Shown piece after piece: positions 38,101 through 50,000 of a DNA stretch of 64,000 bases. Each line of letters starts with the position of its first letter. The first letter of the stretch is position 1. The stretch lies in NCBI GenBank assembly GCA_964247055.1, contig OZ176054.1, forward strand, positions 11,904,001 through 11,968,000, written 5' to 3'. The position numbers were made by a program, and so were the translations under genes. The notes beneath the pieces were generated by a model. The model searched no databases. It had not been told where the DNA came from and saw only the letters and a program-made list of their open reading frames with translations. The DNA comes from Paragordius varius (Eukaryota > Animalia > Nematomorpha).

Positions 38101-41100
38101 ATTAATTAAACATGTATTTATCACCTGATATAAATTTTATGTAAAAAACACTAAAACCATATCAATTTTGTATTTTGATGCCATTAACAATGTTAAAAAA
38201 CTATCAAAATTTCACTTTTTTATTTATATTTCTTGCACCCGCTTTTATAACCAGTTGCAATCGGGAATATTTTAATGTTTAAGATTATTATATTTCGGGG
38301 GTTTTAGCGTTATTATTCGACGTAACCATATCTTGCGATACGATTATATTTTAACCTTTGCTATGCCTATTCTTCGTTTAACTTCGGGAGACAGTAAAAA
38401 TTGAAATTATATGGACAAAATGTAAAAAAAGACAATTTTTTTTAAATTACAACCATACATTTTAAACCTTATTTTATCTTATAAAAATTATTTTAATCGT
38501 AAAATACATAATTGATTATTTTACCAATTTACACCTTTATTTTAAACTTTTCAGTTTATAACAATGAGTTGGATTTATAAAATCAATACTTAGTATGGTT
38601 GTCTTTTAGAAAAATTAATTGTCTTTATATTTTTATGTTTCTGTATAATTTCAAATTTTACTGATTTTTTATTATTAATTAACGTTTTTATAAACAATGT
38701 TAATCCTTTTTTGATTGAACAAGTCGCGTGTCACATTTCATATGATTTTGGTTTTGCTAAGTAGGTTATTTCGAGCCCATATTTGCTCGGCAGATACAAT
38801 TTTTCTAATAACTGTTGTTGCAAATCGTCTTTTGTATACCATTTACAGTTCAATTCACCCTTAAACAATTCAAATTCACCATTAAACAATTCAAATTCCC
38901 CTTAAAATAAATTGTGTGTTTTTTAACATTAAAAGTTACCTATATTTTCTTATATTTTTACAATATAATGATGTTTAAAATTAATATAATACTGAAAAAC
39001 TAATAAACTATGCCATAAAGATAATTTACATATAAATGATGAGTTATGTTAGCCCGAAAACACATAAATTATTTTTAGGGTGAATTTGAATCGTAAATGG
39101 TATATCAGCTAGCTAAATGGTTTTTTTTATAATTTCGCCACCTACTTTTACACCAATATATGGTTATATAAGTATGCCATTTGGACGTGATATGTTTGGT
39201 ATGTAGATAATGTTAAATAATAGTGATAAAAAAGGTAATTAAACGAAGAATAGCCAGATAGCAAGGGTCAAAATGAAATCATATGGCAAGATAAGGTCCA
39301 CATGTAAAATACCCAAAGATATACTAAAATAAACACCTAAATACCTATAATATTTTCAATCGCATTTCTTCGTCCGTAAAAGCTCGATTTGCAAAAAGAC
39401 TGAACTTAATATTATACAAGCTTTTGCCGGCGCAAGTTGGTTTAATAATAAATGGGCGGACAAACTCTCTAATGAATGGATTCGCAAAACAATAACAATC
39501 CTAAATCGATACTGCTTCAAATATTAACAAAACCACGTAAGGAATAATAAATTGAAAAAAACTCATAGAAGTTAATAGAAAAAGAGTTGGACCCAAAAAA
39601 GGTGGACACCACTAAAAGATGATAAATCTCCAACCTGATCAATATTTATCCTCAAACAGATCAGCTAAACTCTAAATTCCAGGAATGCCCAATACAGATC
39701 TCTTCGCTGGCTGCTTTAATGATGTTTTACCGAAAAAAGTGTGAGGGACACCCCTAATTAATTCATTCATTTATAACATAAATTTGCGATTACATAATCG
39801 ATTGGTTAAAACTATGTAAGATTAAATTCATAAACAGTCAAAACCGGTTATTTTTTAAGTATGATAAAAGTTTACTATTAGTAGTAAAAGAACATTCATG
39901 TAACAAATAAATTTGATAATTGCTGAATTTACATATTTATAAATATCTCAAAAAGAAACAACTAAAATTTTACATTACCGTTGAACATAAGTTTTATTGG
40001 TAATTGCATCATAGCCCAAAGTTTCAATAGAATCATATATTAAGCTATCTTCTGTTTTTTCCAAAAGGCTTAAATAAGTTTTGGTTAGCCGTTTAATTTC
40101 AAAATCTATAGCTTGATTTATGTGACTTAAGCTATTCAAATTTTTGATTTCCGACCTATGGTTAAATGTATATTAATACAAATAATACGGTTATTTAGTG
40201 TTCATTTAGTGTAAATCATATCATTTAATACTCACTTTTGAATGTTTCAAACTTTTTATAGATTCATCCTTAAATTTTAATTCACCCAAAAATAATTGTG
40301 GTTTGGAAAATCGAAATTAAAAATGATAAAGATATATAGCAATCAGTAATGGAAAATCGGCCCAAACAAACATTTTTGAGTGAATTTAATATGTTCAGAG
40401 AATTTTACATGCTCAAAACTTTAGATGTTCAGGAGTGAATTTAAAATGCAAATGGTATATAAATTTATCTATTTACGAAAAAATAAAAGTAGCAAATAAT
40501 TTACCGAGGTTTTATTATAAATGCCGGTTTTCGAGTTTGTGCTAAATCAGTAACGTGTAAATTAACATCAACCCGGCAAGAACCGGTTTCCATCCGTCCA
40601 TCTGTAAGGTTAAATGCCGTAAGTTGTTTCAATAATTGGCCAATAAAACTGACACATTCATTGCCTGACCCAAAACAGGGGAGTGTTACAATTTCTACCA
40701 AACCAACACCTACATAATATATTTTTGATAAAATGTAACAATATACAGCAAATCTATATCTTTAGAATTTAAAAATTAACTTGTGGCTTAGCCTATAAAA
40801 TTTCAAATATTATTAAAAAAATAAATCCAATATTGAGGCAATTACAATTTCACTAAATACCTACACCTTAGAAATGAAACTTAGAAATAAAAGTAAAAAT
40901 AAATTATATCTTCAAACAATCAATTTATTGGGAGCTAGTTTTCCACAAGCCATTTACATATAAAACAATTTGGGTAAAGATATGGCTGCGCATTATAAAA
41001 ATATTTTCAAAAAATAAATCGAAAAAAATCATCATCTCAAACTTTGGGCGGCCAACTTTTTTGATTTTATTATATAGCTAAAAAACTCGCAAATAAAAAT

Positions 41101-41927
41101 ATTTATGGTTAAAGCATGGAAAAATTATTTGAAAGAGAAATATTACATTATAAAGAAAAATGTAAATTGAAATAATCCATAGTATAACTCTAAATATTTG
41201 GTTATTAAATTATTACCAGATCGATTAAAATCCAAATATCTCCCATCAACGGATTTAAGACTTTTTCCAGAATCATGTTCTAACTGAATTTGATTTATAT
41301 AACACCTTTGTGTTATTAAATTGCCTTTGTTTTCACAAATATAATCAATATGACCATGTTGAGCTAATGGTTTTCGTTTTTGTGTAATTTGATAGCCTGC
41401 CTGTTAAATTATTGATTTTATACAGGTAGATCTGGATAACTATAGTGTTTTCGATCAAAGTAGGAAAATTGATTGATATCACATTTGAAAATTTTGGATA
41501 AATTCAACGCTTTTATAATTTGATTTTTGTTTAAAATCTAAATATAAATTAAATAAACTGGTAAGAATCCTGGATAGGCGATATCCCAAGGCGATAAATG
41601 CACATTTGGCGTTTGTGATATTTTGGAAAGTCCGGAAGAAAAGATTTTACTGGCTGTAGATAATTTAATATGAATTTCTAAGCCAATCTTTGCTTCTAAA
41701 TTTAAATTCATCCAGATGCTTTAAACAAAAAAAGGTTGTGCATTGTAAAAATCATCTAAAACAGTTTGATCAAATCAACCCGATAATTTGTTTAAATTTT
41801 TTTTATTATTGAAGTTGTCTAGAGGGTTCCTATTAATATAAGACTTTTAAAAGTTTGCCTTCTTTTAATTTACAAACCTATATCGGAAATTTTTACGTTT
41901 ACATTCCGTCTCAAAATATGGCTGCAT
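32107..41927 (-). CDS. GATB: Glutamyl-tRNA(Gln) amidotransferase subunit B, mitochondrial (GatB/PET112), about 611 aa. Exons: 41878-41927 (tentative), 41559-41718, 41424-41537, 41217-41400, 40505-40709, 39979-40155, 34909-35051, 33439-33944, 32909-33070, 32107-32241
   Basis: Motifs IGLEIH, PG.LP, FDRKHYSYPDLPAGYQITQ, QLEHDSGKS, DFNRSGVGLVEIVT, CRVDVN, EIKNLNS and YRYIPEPNIPPL. The exons sum to 1836 nt in frame. The first exon and the C-terminal exons are less certain. Confidence 0.9.
32316..32584. mobile_element. MITE family A, copy 5
   Basis: TA-CCATTTAGACTTC ... TTAAATTGTAAATGG-TA, with the shared internal AAACTATGCCATAAAGATAT. Confidence 0.8.
34325..34750. repeat. Dispersed ~430-450 bp repeat (MITE-like family B), copy 1
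   Basis: Starts TTGGGGTAGTTTTATATC and shares TTTTTGCTGGTAAAA, GGCGAAAAAGTTTGAGATGA and TTCGGCT.AATACCTTAAATA with 59132-59586. A degenerate inverted piece lies near 41020-41060. Confidence 0.75.
35193..37926 (-). mobile_element. hAT DNA transposon (Buster/Charlie/GTF2IRD2-like), 2734 bp, inside a GatB intron
   Basis: TIR CAGGGGTGGCCA ... TGGCCACCCCTG, perfect 8-bp TSD ATATACAA on both sides, and subterminal GCGGTCAC repeats at both ends. Confidence 0.96.
35735..37546 (-). pseudogene. hAT transposase split into three frames by two frameshifts
   Basis: N-terminal CLIC...RHY...H zinc-finger-like segment, QLDESTD, TTDGAPAM, HCIIH, DVRWLSR and STYLCESAFS. Frame breaks occur at an 8-T run (37019-37026) and near 36650. 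No internal stops within the homologous segments. Confidence 0.9.
38839..39100. mobile_element. MITE family A, copy 6
   Basis: TA-CCATTTACAGTTCAATTCACCC ... GGGTGAATTTGAATCGTAAATGG-TA. Confidence 0.85.
40240..40455. mobile_element. MITE family A, degenerate copy 7
   Basis: The right end GAGTGAATTTAAAATGCAAATGG-TA is recognisable. The left end is eroded (AATTCACCC remains). Confidence 0.5.
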
Positions 41928-42727
41928 ATCGAGACTAAATAAATGTATATTGATAGAAGAATGCATCAAGATTATTATCCTTTGTTTTCACTCATACCAG
42001 TGATTTATAAAAATTATCTTACTTCTTAATAGCTCGCGAAAAATTGTAAAATTTGTTCACATTACAGTGACTGAAAATGGGGATTATAAAATAAAAATGC
42101 TGATGAAATATATATAGGAAAGTGAGACAGTATTGTTGGCAAATTTATTTTGTATTATTTTTGGTGAAAGCATGTTTCATAAAAAATATATATTTATTTT
42201 TAGTGGGCTCCTGTCCTAAAATATATACTTTTAAAAAGGTAAATATGCCAAATTATGCGATAATTATCTTAATTATATGCTAAATTTTGCTATCAAAAAA
42301 GCTTTTCCTAAAACTGCATATTTTGTTTAAAAAATTTATTTAGAACAATCTTTTGGTTGGCGAGTTTTGTTTTGGATAGTGGAAACGGTATAAACACATT
42401 AAGATCTTCGAGCTTAAAATTTTATACAAAAGGTACATTAATTATTAATTTTGGAAATTTTGTAAAAAGGCACATTTTATTAAACATAAATTGGAAAGCG
42501 AGAGATTTCAATCGAAATTCTGAGGTCATAACAAATGTTTAGCACAAATTAGAAAGTCACAAATATTTTAGCGGAAAACGCCATCGTTATAGTAAATATT
42601 TAACATATTATGGAGATTATTTCTCGTAGCCTACCTTTGCAATTAGAAGTTAAAGTACTTCCTATCAAGCAATAGGTGGCTTTATGAAACGAAAATTTAA
42701 AGGGGACAGTGTTTACCACCTGTCATA

Positions 42728-42773
42728 GTGTGAGACGCGTTTCGTCCTTGTTGTGGACTCATCAGCCGCACAT
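42728..42773 (-). ncRNA. Minimal type I hammerhead ribozyme
   Basis: The minus strand reads GTGCGG-CTGATGA-GTCC-ACAACAA-GGAC-GAAAC-GCGTC/TCACAC: intact core, 4-bp stem II, palindromic stem III and imperfect stem I. Confidence 0.85.
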
Positions 42774-43166
42774 AATGAACACGGGTAACCACTGTCGTTA
42801 AAAGTTTGTATATATACTGAGTATTTTAAGATTTTAAACCAATTATAGTTGGTGAAAGAGAAAACGGATAACTTAGGCCCAGAGAGGGCAACCGATTGTA
42901 CTTAGATTAAGCCCATAATATGTTAAATATTTACTATAAAGATGGCGTTTTCCGCTAAAAAATTTGTGATTTTCTAATTATATAAGCCCCATCCTGGCTA
43001 ATGGATAAAAAGGAAATATGATAATTGGCTTAATCTAAGTACAATCGGTTGCCCTCTCTGAGCCTAAGTTATCCGTTTTCTCTTTCACCAACTATAATTG
43101 GTTTAAAATCTTAAAATACTCAGTATATATACAAACTTTTAACGACAGTGGTTACCCGTGTTCATT

Positions 43167-43213
43167 ATGTGTAGCTGATGAGTCCACAATAAGGACGAAA
43201 CGCGTCTCACACT
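43167..43213 (+). ncRNA. Minimal type I hammerhead ribozyme, predicted cleavage after C43206
   Basis: GTGTAG-CTGATGA(43175-43181)-GTCC-ACAATAA-GGAC-GAAA(43197-43200)-CGCGTC/TCACAC. Confidence 0.85.
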
Positions 43214-43989
43214 ATGACACGTGGTAAACACTGTCCCCTTTAAATTTTCGTTTCATAAAGCCACCTATTGCTTGATAGGAAGTACTATAACTTCTAATTG
43301 CAAAGGTAGGCTACGAGAAATAATCTCCATAATATGTTAAATATCACAAATTATGTCGCCATTTTCTGATACTGAGCTACCACAAAAGTGTACTCTCTTA
43401 TATCACTCGTACTGACTAAACCAAAAGCACCATAAAATAATCCTGACACATTTTTTATGATAATAATTACTCAGAAATTTTTTTTAAACACTGTGTAAAA
43501 TTTTTTAATAGTGATATCTGATGGTAAAAAAGTTAAAGAGATAGTTTAACACATTGTTTTTACTTAATAGATACTTCTCTATTTCCTTAATTTGTATATA
43601 TTAGATTGATTTATTGAATCAATAAGATGGAGTTACAATTAGTCGAGAATTGAACCAGTATTAAAATTTTTGGTAAAAGAAGGGTTTTAACCAAAATATC
43701 TATATATTTTTAAAAATGCTCTGTGTCCACAAAACCGGTAGACCCATTCAAAGCCAAATGTCAAAAAAATATATTCATTAATGAATCCCACAATAGCTTC
43801 GCCCTTTTTTGAAGTAGGCCCCAGTTCAAGCCCCTCCATGTTAAAACGGTTTTTTGAAATCACAAATCCTTAAAAATCGTGTCTTTGAGACAATTTTCCG
43901 GAAAACGTGTTGGACCGTTCGATTTCAAATATGATTATTTCACTTGTTTTCAATTGCGCTGAAAATAGTCGGCTCGCCTTTTTGATTTA

Positions 43990-45885
43990 GGCCCTCTTTT
44001 TACCCGCTCCCCTCGTAAAAGGCCTTTTCGCCCAGGGTATGAAACCGTAAAAAATTAATGAGGATTCCAAGTATTCGCTGTTAAAATTTAAAAATTTTAG
44101 TCGTGGTTTTCTTTTATATTGGGTGCTGGATAAGCAGATATTCGTTAAAAACTGCCACGTCATATCGAAATAGCGAGCCTTTGGTGCTAATTTCAGAAAA
44201 CCTATCATCAGACCATATTAATTCAATAGCTGCTTAAATTATTACCAAAGGCAAAAATTTAGGTCATGCGGTTTTTTGAAATTACCGTAAATTAGGCCCT
44301 TCACGCCCTGAAAATGCTCCACCATAGAATGACTTTTTGGTTTTTAGTCTTCCAAAAAATAATGAGAGGATATGGAATCAATCATTTTCTATAAATAGGC
44401 AAAAATAATATTCACGCGCTTTTTTGTATCAGCCTCTGGGTAGGAAGCTACCCGCCTAAAACTGCGCTAACATATCGAAATTGCGTTGTATATGAGGTAA
44501 TTTTCGGAAAATTTATCAGGCCATATATTTTTTTAAAGACCTGAAATATTACCCATAAAAAGTCAAAAATTTAAGTCGAGCGATTTTTATAAATTATCCG
44601 TTAATTTGGCCCTTTACGCCATAAAAAATGCGCTATCATTGAACTATTATTTAGTTTTAAAGTCATTCCTTTAACTATTATGAACATATGGAATGAATGA
44701 TGATTTCAGGTACCCCTATAAAGGCAAAAATTTTTCGTCGAACGTCTTTTTATTGGCCTCTAGGTAGGGAACTACCCGCCTACAACTGTGCCACTATATC
44801 GATACAGCGTGACTTTGGAGGCAAATTTTAGAAAACTTATCAGAATTGTGATCAATAAGGGCTTGAAATATTTCCCGGAAAAAGGCAAAAATATAAGTAG
44901 AGCATTTTATTAAAATACCCCTAAATTAGGCCTTTGCCCTGGATAATGCGCCACTATAGAATGACTTGGTTTTGAGGCAATTTTTCGAAACCACGAGAGC
45001 ATATGGAATCGATCATGATTCCAGGTATTACCCGAATTAAGGCAAAAATTTTAATCAAGCGTGTTTTTTTGCGTCCTTGGTTAGGGGGCTACCCGCGTAA
45101 AACTGCGTCACCATATCGATACAGCATGCCTCTGGAGCCAAATTTCAGAAAATCTATGAGATATAAGTTCAATAAGGGCCTAAAATATTTATTACCCCAT
45201 AAAAAAATATTTTAGTATAGGAAGTTTTTTCAATGAGTAGCTAAGTAAAGTTTTACGCCCTGAAAAATGCGTCGCCATAGAACAATATTTAGTTTTAAAG
45301 CAATATTTTCAAGAACTTATAGGAACATATGGACAAAATAATTCCGGATATTCCCCATATATAAGCAATTTCGCCCAACTTTTTTATTATACGTGTCTCT
45401 GGGTAAGGAGCCACCCGCCAAAAACTACGCCACTATATATAAATTGGTTGTTTTGGAGTTAATTTACAGATATATGAAGCCATATGAGTAGCTTGAAATA
45501 CTCCCTGTAATTAGGTATAAGGTCAGGCCTTTTTATTATTAGCCGTTAATTTGGGGCCTTTACGCCCTAGAAATACGCCATCATATAACGATTAATTAGT
45601 GTAGAGGTCTATTTTCGAACCCATGAGACGATGGTATCAAAGATGATTCCAAATGTTTGCCCTATAAAGACAAAGAAATTAACTCAGCGCTTTTTCAATA
45701 TATGTCTTGGTGAGGTCTACAGGTTTAATTAGACGCTATATAAAAATCGCGGGGTTTTGGAGCTAATTTCAAAAAACTTAAGAAGCCATACGAGCTCACT
45801 AAAGGCTATACCCATAAAAAGGTAAAAAATTTAGTAAAGCGGTTTTTTCCGTTAGCCGTCAATTTGGGGCCTTCACACCTGTAAA
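43990..45885 (+). repeat. Degenerate tandem array of ~160-bp monomers organised as ~320-bp dimers
   Basis: (C)TACCCGC(C) recurs near 44449, 44772, 45089 and 45411. AG(G/T)CAAAAAT recurs near 44250, 44399, 44561, 44722, 44882 and 45040. Confidence 0.8.
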
Positions 45886-47032
45886 CAATATATTAATATG
45901 AATGCATAGTTTTTAAAATCCTATGAGATCATAACTAATAAATAGAGTTCGAAATAATCGACAGCTTCGCAGTCTGCAATCCAATTGTGTATTAGCCATA
46001 TATACATACTCTCAGAGGACAAATTACACTCGTTACAGTGATCAACTGCATCACATATGCATTAATATATATATATATATATATATAGGAATTTTACAAT
46101 TTAAACCTCTTTACTCCGTAAGGACATTATACTTGTCTTTTTTATTTATTACCCGATATTAAAAATCTTTTTTGCACATGTCACCAATAATTGCAGATTT
46201 TTTTTATACTAAAATCATTGATAAATATTTTATGTTAACAATGTTTAATGTTATGTGCTTGGGGCTTTTTAACCCTTAAACCCGCTTAGCAATATAAAAA
46301 AATGTAAGATCTCACCATTTATAAATCAAATTAAAGTAAATGGCAATAATGCGTATAAATTATTTTTAAAAATAAATATAATAAATATCAAATTTTCGGT
46401 TTTAATTGTATAACTTCCTTTAGGATAAAAGAGAAAATAAAACGAAATCAAAAAAAAAGATATAAAATGATGAAGATGATGTGTGGTAAAGGTATTTATA
46501 ACTGGTGAAAAAACCAGTAAACATTATATGTTTTTAAGGCTATTTTTCGCAAAAAATATGAGATCATACGCGTATAAAGACAAAAATTTTCCCCCTCTCC
46601 CCTCAAGAAGTCCCGCGGCCTAAATTTTCATCAAATTTTATATTTATATATGAAAATATCATATTTATTAATATAACCAGAATAATGGTGTAAAAACAAT
46701 AATATCCATTATTTTTAATAAAATTTTCTTAAGGAAATCATATTTTTTCACACTTGCTAATAATTTACTAGCACATGAGTTTAACCGCTGCAAATCAATT
46801 TGGCAAACCTTAGATCTGATTCTAACCAAGACTATCCTATCTTTAGGTTCTAGCAGACTCTAACTAATATTCTTACGCTGTGTGATTTTTTTACTAAGTT
46901 TAGTATATAATATTATTTTTACCTATGATCCGCTGTAATACATTTGTAAACATATTATTTTAAATTATGAACCATATAAATTTTAATCACTCATTTTATC
47001 ATATGTCATAATCAAATTGCCAGATTCCGTAG

Positions 47033-50000
47033 ATGAAATCTTCTACAGATAAACAGGAGCTTATATGCGATAAATTAATTAAAGTTCCAAAAATTATATA
47101 TGAGTCGTCTGATGCTTCCAGCAAAGGATCAGATTGTCACTTAAATCAAAATAATTTTACAAAAATTGACAATACATCCTCATCCACCAAAAACATGCTT
47201 AGGAAACACAGTCAGAATATTCCCGTTTCTGCGAAAAAAGTTAACAAACGTCGAATGTCAATTCCTGAAAATTTACAATCTTCCCACTTTCTTGATTTAT
47301 CCTCCAACAAACCAAACACCGATTTATATCCAGAAATAAAACATGCTCATTTTAAAATAAGCGCATCAGCTTTAAATAATGATTTTAGTTATGATATAAA
47401 TAGATCATCCCCATCGGAGATTTCCGAAGCCGAACATTCTGATGGAAATAATTTGTTAGACTCTCCAACATTACGCCCACGGGCTGATAGTATGGTTTCT
47501 CAGGACGATGAGGAATACGATTATATTGATTATGAGAAAAATGTAGACAAAGAAAATCAAATTGAAGGTTATCCATCATTCTCCGACATTACAGAAGCAA
47601 GCGGCACAAGAAGTAAAAAAATTAGTAATGTTTTTGCGCCTCTCACCAGCTTACCCCGTAAAATAAAATTTTCAACTGTTAATAAACCAAACATTAACAA
47701 TAAATATTTGGAGGTAGAAAAACACCCTGAAAAACCAAGTGTAAGGCTACATAAACTCAGTTCTACCCATTGGCCTCTAATAGAAAATTTTAAAAGTACT
47801 GTAAAATCTTGGCTATCCAAAAATCCTGACCAAAGTTTAAGCGCTTCAAAGCATCATCGTATGATTAGCCCAGTGTATCGTGGGTCATCATCCAACATTT
47901 ATGCTTTGGACATAGAAGATGGAAATAATGCACGTAATAAAAATCATAATGCTAAACTTGTGGAATCACCCGAAAAAACCGTAATTGAGAAAAAAGATAA
48001 TATTTCCCATCTAAATAAAAATCGTAGAGGGACAGGGCCCATATCTCTTCTTCGTTCCATCACGCCTCACATACCTACCCATAATGATAATCACACAGCA
48101 TGGCTAGAAAGGCAACATCAACTTTTACATCATAAGCGCAAAAAGAAAATTACCCCACCATGGTACTACAGTCATAATGACCTAATTCAATTTGAAGAGG
48201 CTGAAAGACAACGAGAAGAATGGCAAACACATAGACCACATTCACGCTTATATCAGTTATCTCCTAGCCATTTGTTTAAAAGGCCTGAACACCCCTGGAA
48301 ACCTTCAAGAATCGTATCGACCGATTTAAACGAAAACCAATTTAAAAAGCCTGAAAATACCGAGATCAGCCAAATACCTTATAGAGGTGTTAACAAAAAT
48401 GTTTACTCGCCAAGTTTGGAAATAGATGACAACAATAATGATGAAATTAATGGTAATCAACCTCTCACTCACTTTCCTTTTAACAATATACCAATTAGTT
48501 TACCAACAACAAGTATTCCTATTCCCACAAAATCCCAAGCAATAAATTCAATTACTAAAATAACGGATTCAAGTGTTAATGTTTCGGATTGGCCACCATC
48601 CAACTTAGAAGATGTTACTGAAGCACTCAAGTTACAACACCATCGTCTCTTTCCATTATTACATAACAATGGGAATCGACCACGTTTTTTTTCTTCGCCG
48701 GCCAACATGAAAGATTCACTCAAGTCACTTGATTTAGCTAACGGTGATATCCTGCACGGAGAATCGCTCGAGACGCAAAATCTCCTATCAGGAGATACGA
48801 AAATTAGTGATAATGTTACAGATGCTGCTTTGTTACATAGATTTACGAATCGGGTGCGTCGATCTACTCGTCGACACCTTAAAAAAATTCGTAAACGTTT
48901 GGTTAACAAATCGGGATCGTGTAACATTATACATAGTCATATACCTAAACGGAAGCAACATTATTTAACAGACATCTTTACCACTCTGTTAGACAGTAAA
49001 TGGCGTTGGGCCATTAGTATATTTACATTTGGATTTTTGTTGAGTTGGACCCTCTATGCTATTATATGGTGGCTTATTTGCTTTAGTCACGGTGATTTCG
49101 ATCATTTAAACGATCCAAACTGGAAGCCTTGTGTTAAAAATGTCAATTCATTCATATCATTATTCTTGTTTTCGTTGGAAACTCAACACACAATTGGATA
49201 TGGGTACGATAAAATATATAATTTTTACATACCTATTGTCAAAAATGTTTTGTTCAAAATTTATGTGTAAAATTTTTTTCAGTGATATATATTCCAATTA
49301 TCAATATACATTACGTAACAATGAAATAATTGCTTTTGGCAAACTTTCGACTTTACATATTACTTTTGGACCAAACTAAACTTTATATGTTAATAATTAT
49401 TAACTATAAAAACGTGCAAATTAATTGATTTTTAATTTTGATACTTTGTCACGAGGCGTATACATTCCTTGTTTAAAGTCAATAAATTTTGAAAATGGTG
49501 TAATTTATAATCCTTTACCCATTATTATAAATCAATATTAAAATGAGTTTTTAAAAGTACTGTTTATCGCTGTTTTTAATTTCTCTTCGAAAATTATAGT
49601 CGAAATTCGTTTTTATTGTTGACTAAAATATTTTTAAATATACACTAACAAAAAAATGATGAAAAATCTATTTTTAACAAAAAGTGGTTAGAAATTAATA
49701 ATCATTGCAAAATATACATTTTTCAAATATATTCTTATTTTTTGCGAAATATATCTAAGCTTTTGACTGTAAATTGCCTTTACAAGCGAAAATTCAATTA
49801 TATGATAGATTAAGAATGTTTTACCATATTACATAAAAATCCTAGTTTAACCCAAAAATAGTTAATACTTTTAATGCTTAAAATGATTTTTTCTTTTTTG
49901 CTAATTCAATTTCTTTACAAACCCTTTTTACATCTCCTAAAAAGTCACACTAAAAATTAAGTTTTTAAGACTAAACGTAAAAATTAAAAGACATTACATA

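Larger units (their letters stand above)
42552..43344. mobile_element. Non-autonomous Penelope-pLTR / retrozyme-like element in inverted configuration
   Basis: 42596-42913 is the reverse complement of 43027-43344. 42548-42613 is inverted at 42913-42979. A 9-bp direct repeat CACAAATTA flanks it (42543-42551, 43345-43353). Each arm carries a hammerhead core. No ORF. Confidence 0.8.

Noticed and set aside
39230-39760. Slightly GC-richer stretch with fragments reminiscent of a LINE/RTE 3' end, and a ~90-bp inverted match to 38290-38390
   Set aside because: There is no continuous frame or diagnostic RT motif. It is probably a decayed repeat but cannot be classified by eye.
47385-49379. Overlapping ORFs on the antisense strand and in alternative frames within the Kir long exon, plus similar ones over the transposase (35856-37280) and GPCR (7703-7933, 11258-11503)
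   Set aside because: These are shadow ORFs of real coding sequence with no independent motifs.
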